DNA of 64,000 nucleotides from Daphnia carinata. Lineage: Eukaryota. The notes beneath the pieces were generated by a model, which saw only the letters and a list, made by a program, of their open reading frames with translations, ran no database searches and was not told where the DNA came from. This document shows positions 57,197 to 64,000 of this stretch, in pieces (position 1 is the first letter of the stretch; every line of letters begins with the position of its first letter). The position numbers and the translations under genes were made by a program. Where the stretch lies: contig NC_081331.1 of the NCBI RefSeq assembly GCF_022539665.2, positions 12,214,001 through 12,278,000 of the forward strand. The letters are read 5' to 3'.

Positions 57197-57334
57197 CTTA
57201 GACATATAGAGATGAGAGAAGTACGAAAAACAAAACGTCAATATAAAAACGCTTTCATACAATTTGGCGGCCCTGTGTAAGGTGTTGCAGACATAATTTT
57301 GCTCAGCCCAAAGTCGAAAACATTTTGATTACAG

Positions 57335-59496
57335 ATGGCTGTCCACGTGGATTCTTACAGCTCTTCTCCAGTTGAAGGACAATTCAGTGATGTTGAAGAT
57401 GAAAAGTAATTTGGATAACCTATTAGTATTATCAGTATTTAATTATAAATTGTGACAGGGAATCAGTGGTTGCTGAAGGTATTCAACAACTACAGATAGG
57501 GGCGAAGGTTGAAGCACCATCCCTTAGCGACAACGAAAACTATTCTGACGATTCAGATTTGAGCGATGAAGAATTTTATGACTGGCAATATGGTGAAGAA
57601 AATTATATATACTTGTTGCGTATAAAAAACTTTGAATAACTAAAGAATTATTATTAAAGATCAGGGACCTCAAATTAGAGTACAAGGTGCTAATCCAAAC
57701 CAGCAAGTGAGCTCAAATAAAGTGGTTTCCTTCCAGCCAAGAGAGAAACTTTTCAAGAAATATTCCCACAAGATTAATGTGGATGAGTTCAAGTTACCTA
57801 CACTACCCGATGATGACAAGGTTCGTCTGCGAGATAAGGCTGATAGAGCTACAGCTGAACAGGTTATGGATCCACGCACAAGAATGATACTGTTCAAACT
57901 GATGAACAGAGGATTTATCACCCAAATCAATGGATGTATCTCAACTGGAAAGGAAGCCAATGTGTACCATGCAACTGGAAAAGATGACACCCACTTTGCA
58001 CTAAAAATTTACAAGACATCCATTCTTGTATTTAAAGACAGAGATAAATATGTGACTGGAGAGTTTAGGTAACCTTGAGTTCGTAACACTTATTAAAGAA
58101 TAATGACACTTTTCTTTCACTTAGGTTTCGACATGGATATTGCAAGCACAATCCGCGGAAAATGGTTCGGACTTGGGCTGAAAAAGAACTGAGAAATCTA
58201 CTCAGACTTGAAACAGCTGGGTTGCCATGTCCAAAACCAATATTGCTAAGGAGTCACGTGTTGTTAATGAGTTTTATTGGCGATGGGGGATGGCCTGCCC
58301 CTCGGCTAAAGGTAGCTCAAGTTCTACAGCTGATATTGTCGCGGACGGGATTGAAATTATGTTTTATTTTAAGGAAGTTGAATTGAGTGAATCGAAAGCG
58401 CGCGAATTGTATAGGGACACTATAATTTTGATGCGACGAATGTTTCATGAGTGCAGGCTAGTTCATGCAGACCTCAGCGAATTCAATATGCTGTAAGTAA
58501 AAAAAAAATATATATTATTTTGTATGAATATAAATTCCTTCAATTTATTAAAATTACACTATTAGATATCACGAAGGAAAGGTATTCATAATTGACGTGT
58601 CACAATCAGTGGAACATGATCATCCGCATGCCCTTGAATTCCTACGAAAGGACTGCACCAATATAACAGATTTCTTTAAAAAAAATGGTGTTTGCGTCAT
58701 GACAGTTAAGGAACTGTTTGATTTCGTAGTTGATTTGACAATCAATGAAAACAATATTGAGGTATATCTATACTGCCTAGCAAACATATCTGTTATCCGT
58801 AGTGACTTTTGGTATTGTTGAATTCTAGGATTACTTGGACAGAATGGCGTCGCTCTCTGCTGAAAGAAATTTCCATGGAGAATTGACTGCAGAAGAATTG
58901 GTGAAAGAAGAAGTCTTTAAACAAACCTATATTCCCCAACGTTTGGATGAAGTAAGTGCTTCGAATTTTTTTTTTAGACTACTTTGTCAATTTGTATCGA
59001 AACATTTACGTTCTTTTTACGTTACTTCGTAGTCGTTAATTTCTTTTGTCAATCAGTAACCGCAGCTATCCTTTTAGGTTATGTTCTTTGAACGAGACAT
59101 TAAACAAATAAAGTCGGGAGAGAAAACAGAATTGGTTTATACAACCGTAACTGGAATCAAATCAGATTTGTCTGGTCCGCAGCAAGTTCCAGAAATTTTA
59201 GACAATTCCGTTGCGGTCGATACCAGCGATGATGAGTCGAGTGATGATTCCAATGCCGATGTCGGGAAGAAACAGTTCGTGAGTAGCGGACGACCACGCG
59301 ATGAATCTCCGAACAGCCGAAGGGTAACATTTTTGCTTTTTTTTGCGTTTACCTATCGACATGGTGGCAACCTAAAAAATTTTTCATTTAGGAAAGGAAA
59401 AAAGCAATAAAGGCTGAGCAGTCGGAAAAACGGAAAACGAAAGTAAAGAAGCATGTAAAGAAGAGAAAAGAAAAACTTGCGAAACCAAAAAAGTGA
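57335..59496 (+). CDS. RIOK1: Serine/threonine kinase RIO1
   Basis: [77 protein letters not shown], basic C-terminus [10 protein letters not shown]. Confidence 0.97.
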
Positions 59497-59761
59497 TTTA
59501 AGTTGGTTCTTTTACGTATACCTGTTGCTTAATAAAAATAATAATTGCCAGAGAGGGGAAAAAAATATTTTTAGAGCCTTACCAAAAATATTCAGAATAG
59601 GTCGAGTTTTACTTTTTTGTTATCAAACGCTTTGACATCAAAGATGTATTAATTTGCCGAGTGAGGTAAACAAATGATAGAAACTCTGAAATGACCTGAG
59701 AGTATTATCACAGCGTAACAGAGAACAAGTGCTGACTTACGGTTTTAGATCCATCACTACG

Positions 59762-61570
59762 TTACGATACGTTAGCACTGATGAGAAAGATTAGGGCAGC
59801 AATAGCTACGACTGCTCCAAGCGATCCAGCACTGATAGGAACAAAGCACAGCTTAGCAACACCTTTGTGACATGCCATAAATGTCATGAACGAATCCAAC
59901 TTCTGGGCAGGAACATCCTGAAAGCCGAACGGACGGACTCGTATTCTCATTCCCATTGTACGGACGTTTCGACTTGAGGCAGTAACATACGCGGCCTGGG
60001 ATGAAAGAAAATGCAAATCTTATTATGTTAGTCATAAATACCTCCACTTGCACGAAATCTTACGGAAACAAGCGGTGCTATGGAAACAGAAGCCCACTGA
60101 ACCAGTAACATAATCACTATAAACGAGTGTGCATCGACCGTGTAGTACAAAAATCCCGGATGAATGACTGTCAGGGTCGTCACTATCGTCCGGGTCGATG
60201 AGAGAAGCAACAGCAAACCGATGGCAGGAGAAACATTTTCATTCAAGTACAACAGGAACTTCTCGAATTCCAGCATTTCCTGTTCAGACCATGAAATCAG
60301 AATTTCACTTCCACTGAAACAATAATTTTTTAAAGGAGAAATTATTAAAATAACCTACTTTCATGGCGACTTCCAGGGACAGAGATTTTTCAACAACGCG
60401 TTCACTAATAGAACTGACATAAGACATGAGCAACTGACACTCGATGCAATAGTTGCTGACGACTAAACAATGAACAACATCCTGGCACAAAGTAGAGGCA
60501 ATCATTATCCCAATTAATGAATTGCGAACAACATAGCTCCTGCAAAATGGCGTTAATGGGAAATGTTTCTCAATGTTCGAGACTTAATGGCAGCTACAGT
60601 ATAACTTACATTTGTGGAAGAAATGAAACCATTGTTATGGCGCTGGTACACACAAGGAAAATTTGGGCAACTAGCGACCATAGCAACCAAATCACAGAAA
60701 GAATAACATGAATTCGAAGTCTTCGTAAAAGAATCCTTTGAGTCTTTGCTCCTCGTGCTCGTGATGTCAGTAAAAAAACCTGTGAACCCATTAACAGTAT
60801 GGCGTTAAAAAGAGATAGCATATATTTGCATACAAATACTTGGGCCTTACTAACCTTTTCAAAGAGTGTTTGCAGATGTTCATTTTCTGTTATTCTTAGT
60901 AAGTAAATTGTCTGAACAAAAGCACACAGGTGAAGTAGAGGAGGTAAAATGTAGCAAAGGAACAAACTTCCATCACAGACAGTTTCAGTTGTTTCTCTCA
61001 ACTTAGTCAAATGTTGATGGTGATTTTGGCTTAGGTTATGAAAACCAGAACTTTTGACATATGAGAAACCTTTGTCTCTTCTAAACACAGATATTGTTTA
61101 CCAAATTGGAAGTCAGAACACAGCTTATACATTTTTTTATACCTGTAGCATGTGAAAAGTTGCATAACATAGCCAAATATGAGGAAGCATGTCACCAAGA
61201 ACAAATGAATTTTGTTGATTGCACTTAATGCAAGGGTTTGATCATTAAAGTCTCCAAGCAAAGGCCTCAACCCAAGAAGCCCAAGGAGACGGGTGTATGG
61301 CAAAATCATCTTGCGTTGACAATAATTCAAAACTGCTGATGTACTAAAGGGTTGTGGTGGGTTGTACTCCAGTAGATCGCGAATCTTAGAAAAAGTGGGG
61401 TGTAAAGAGACTGAAATTAACAAAGGCTAGACTGCAAGAACTTCTGCTTTATAGATTACTTCGGACACTTCTACTATTTCGCAAGTTTCTGGAATATTAT
61501 TAGCGGTGGCAGGTCTACCTAGGGAAACTGGTGCGCGACTGCAAAAAGATGTATCAATATTCGACGCCAT
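59762..61570 (-). CDS. Gustatory receptor-like 7TM protein (GrlHz/DUF3537-like)
   Basis: Multi-TM protein with ILPYTRLLGLLGLRP, CYRRDKGF, CDGSLFLCYILPPLLHL, ENEHLQTLFEKVFL, LCQDVV..NYCIECQLL and RPFGFQDVPAQKLDSF..AKL. The family call is from recall of motifs. Confidence 0.7.
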
Positions 61571-63821
61571 TTCAATCACTCACTTCACTAAAAAAAAAGC
61601 AGACTTTTCCCTTTAAGGGTTGATAACAGCCGAGTGTTTCATCCAAAGATAACATTAAGCAAGTCTTAAGTCAAACCCTTTCCTCCTCAAATGTGAAAAA
61701 ATAAATACCAAAACAAAGCGGCGTTGCGAGATCAACGTAAAAAAGAACACCCCATGCATATTATTGTTCGGGCTCGGGCGCAGCGGTCAGGAACCGGTAC
61801 AGAGTCAACTTTTCAATCAGAATTAATGAAAGGTTTATCTTTGTCTCTACGAAGAGGCAAAAGAAAAATAGAACAAAAACGCAAGTTCTTCAATAACAAT
61901 TCATCCTTTTAGATTGCTAAGGACACCTGACGAGATTGTTTTAGCACAATCAACAAACATTCACAGCTGACAAGGTCAAATCTCCATTCATTTATTACGT
62001 AATAAAATCATTGTGTAAAAAAAAAGGCTGTACGGACTGTCAATCTTGAACAAATCCCGACAAGTTGAATAAGGAATAAAATTAAAAAAAATTGGTGACC
62101 CAGTTACAAAATGAGAATCCATGGGAAATAAACACGCGTAAATAGTAAAATACTTTGTCATCGTAGAAGTCCACTAGAAAAAAAAGGAAACTAAAGAATA
62201 AAAGAGGGGAATTTTGGTTTGCCAATGTCGCAATGGATAGGATATTATCTCCCTCTTGATCATTCTTATTACTTTCACCTGGATGCTCTTTGATTAGAAA
62301 AAAAGAATTCATTACGTATCAGCAACACATGATCGGGCGTTCTACTGAGTTTTCTTCAGAATGAAAAACAACAGAAATCGCGCGACTAGAGCGCATGAAT
62401 CACAGAGATGCTAGAGAACCTTATGCGGCACATGGACACAGACAAAGCGCATTGAATACGACATGACACATGTTACATATAGTTACGAGACCACAAGTAA
62501 TGTACGGAAGAAAGACAAAAGTGAGTTTTTTGTTAATAAAAATTGAATCCAACCCGAATCTCAAGGCATTTTTAATCAACTATTTTCTTTTCTTATTTCC
62601 CAAAAAATGTAAAATAAAACCAAAGACCGAACAAGATTGTGTGACGTCCATCTACCGACAAAATCGACGGACGATTAATAACGGAGGAAATGAGGATTTC
62701 GTTGAGAGAAAGGATAAATTCCTTCATGCGGACTTGCCATTTTTATCCACCTGGAAATAATAAAAATAAATATTAAAGAAACCTGACAGATTCTACTAAG
62801 TGATAACAAGTCAAAACAGATGATCGTCAACGTTGCTAGTTCAGCTGTCCCACGGAGGCCTTAGACGCTTTTGCCTTTAGTTCATACAAAAACTTAAATT
62901 TAAAGACAATAAAAAATATGCTTTAAGTTACTCGATTTGTGATCGGTAGGTCATGTCTTTCATGAACTTTTAAGCCGAAACAGATTCTGCTGATAAAACA
63001 AGACCCTCTTGGGTACTGCGAAGTCAAAGCTTTTTTTTTTTAAAGGCTAGGTCCTCCATCGCCCCTCTTCCAAGTAGGTTACTGATGGTATCAGACCTTA
63101 AAGTCAACATTCCCTAGGCCAAATCTTTACGAAGAGTTATTTACTATTAACTTAAATGCAAATCGATTAAAAAGAGATTTTACAGCTATCTACTTTTCAG
63201 AAGTTGCGCTTGGGAAGTACAAAATCTAAACGATTGTCTATGAAGAACTGTAGCAAAAAAAAAAAAAAGGTTTGCACGTGCGTGTTTGCACTGCAAAGAT
63301 ATATCGCAGTTCTGTTCGCCATGGGTCACGTAGTGAGCAAACAACACCGGCCGTTTGTTGCTTGGTTGATGGGGTTTCTCTTGTCCATGTTTACACACAC
63401 ATAGACGTGGTCCACAGTCATATAAGTACACACACTGTCGATGACCTTTCAACAGTTTTTGAAGCCATCGAGAGACAATTCTGGAAAAAGGCGAAGAAAG
63501 ATAAGGTTTCCCCCAACTACCAAATCCCGCCCTTCTAACAGCCACTTTCTTTTACCAGCAGCTTGGCAGACCAAAATTGAAGTCGATTGCTGTCTAAAGA
63601 CGAATGATAACCATAGATATTGAGTCCCTAATCGACCTTGTCCTACGTACAGGACCAAACAGTAATAATAGCTAATCGTTTCCTTAAGAATGGCCAAAAC
63701 GAATCTACGGCTCGTGGGGCAGCTCAGGTTTTCTTCAGAAGGCTAAAAGCATTTTTGTCACAAGAGCATTGAATTTGTCGTTAACGTCCAAGTATGATGA
63801 GTCACCTGAGTATGGTTGATA

Positions 63822-63996
63822 TCACGTAACCTGATCGGAGCCAAAAGCCTCTTGTGACGCATACGATAGGTACAGAAATCCATCCGGATCGTGGTATTCT
63901 CTGTAGACCTCCAGGACAGTCTTGGACAGCGACGCCATACTCCGGTTGTTGACTATCAAAAAGATGGCCTGCGTCGAAGACAGTCTCAGTCGGTTG
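63822..63996 (-). CDS. MAP1LC3: Last coding exon of a MAP1LC3 (LC3C-like) ATG8 protein; the gene continues beyond the window
   Basis: ag|c NRLRLSSTQAIFLIVNNRSMASLSKTVLEVYREYHDPDGFLYLSYASQEAFGSDQVT*. Contains the conserved DGFLY.SYASQE.FG with the scissile glycine. Absent from the ORF track. Confidence 0.93.
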
Positions 63997-64000
63997 CTAA

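Noticed and set aside
59600..59764. Stop read-through or extra exon after the GRL-like stop (GTAAGT donor at 59740)
   Set aside because: The implied intron is only 45-55 nt and the extension is unremarkable. A 3' UTR intron or chance is equally likely.

Overview
AT-rich eukaryotic genomic DNA with many short (~60-80 nt) GT-AG introns, most consistent with a cladoceran crustacean such as Daphnia (inference). Most ORF-track entries are spurious; gene models below were assembled by reading splice sites by eye. The first ~15.7 kb has no recognisable gene and lies upstream of a Beat-family Ig gene (+). PAFAH1B2/3 (-) follows. From 32.5 kb there is a compact run: TTC19 (+), PIGK/GPI8 (-), CNG channel beta subunit (-), TMX3 (-), a tetraspanin (+), a lysine-rich single-pass membrane protein (-), CCDC66-like (-), RIOK1 (+), a gustatory-receptor-like 7TM protein (-) and the last exon of an LC3/ATG8 gene (-). 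The most unusual part is ~25.0-32.45 kb, between the divergent PAFAH1B and TTC19 starts. It holds three copies of a GC-rich, hairpin-rich repeat and an intron-retaining zinc-knuckle vasa pseudogene fused to the last exons of an unknown gene. It also holds a ~1.8 kb palindrome with three degenerate tRNA-like units in its spacer, and a decayed paralog of that unknown gene facing inward from the other side. It looks like a gene-capturing non-autonomous mobile element complex, but no transposase or target-site duplication was found.
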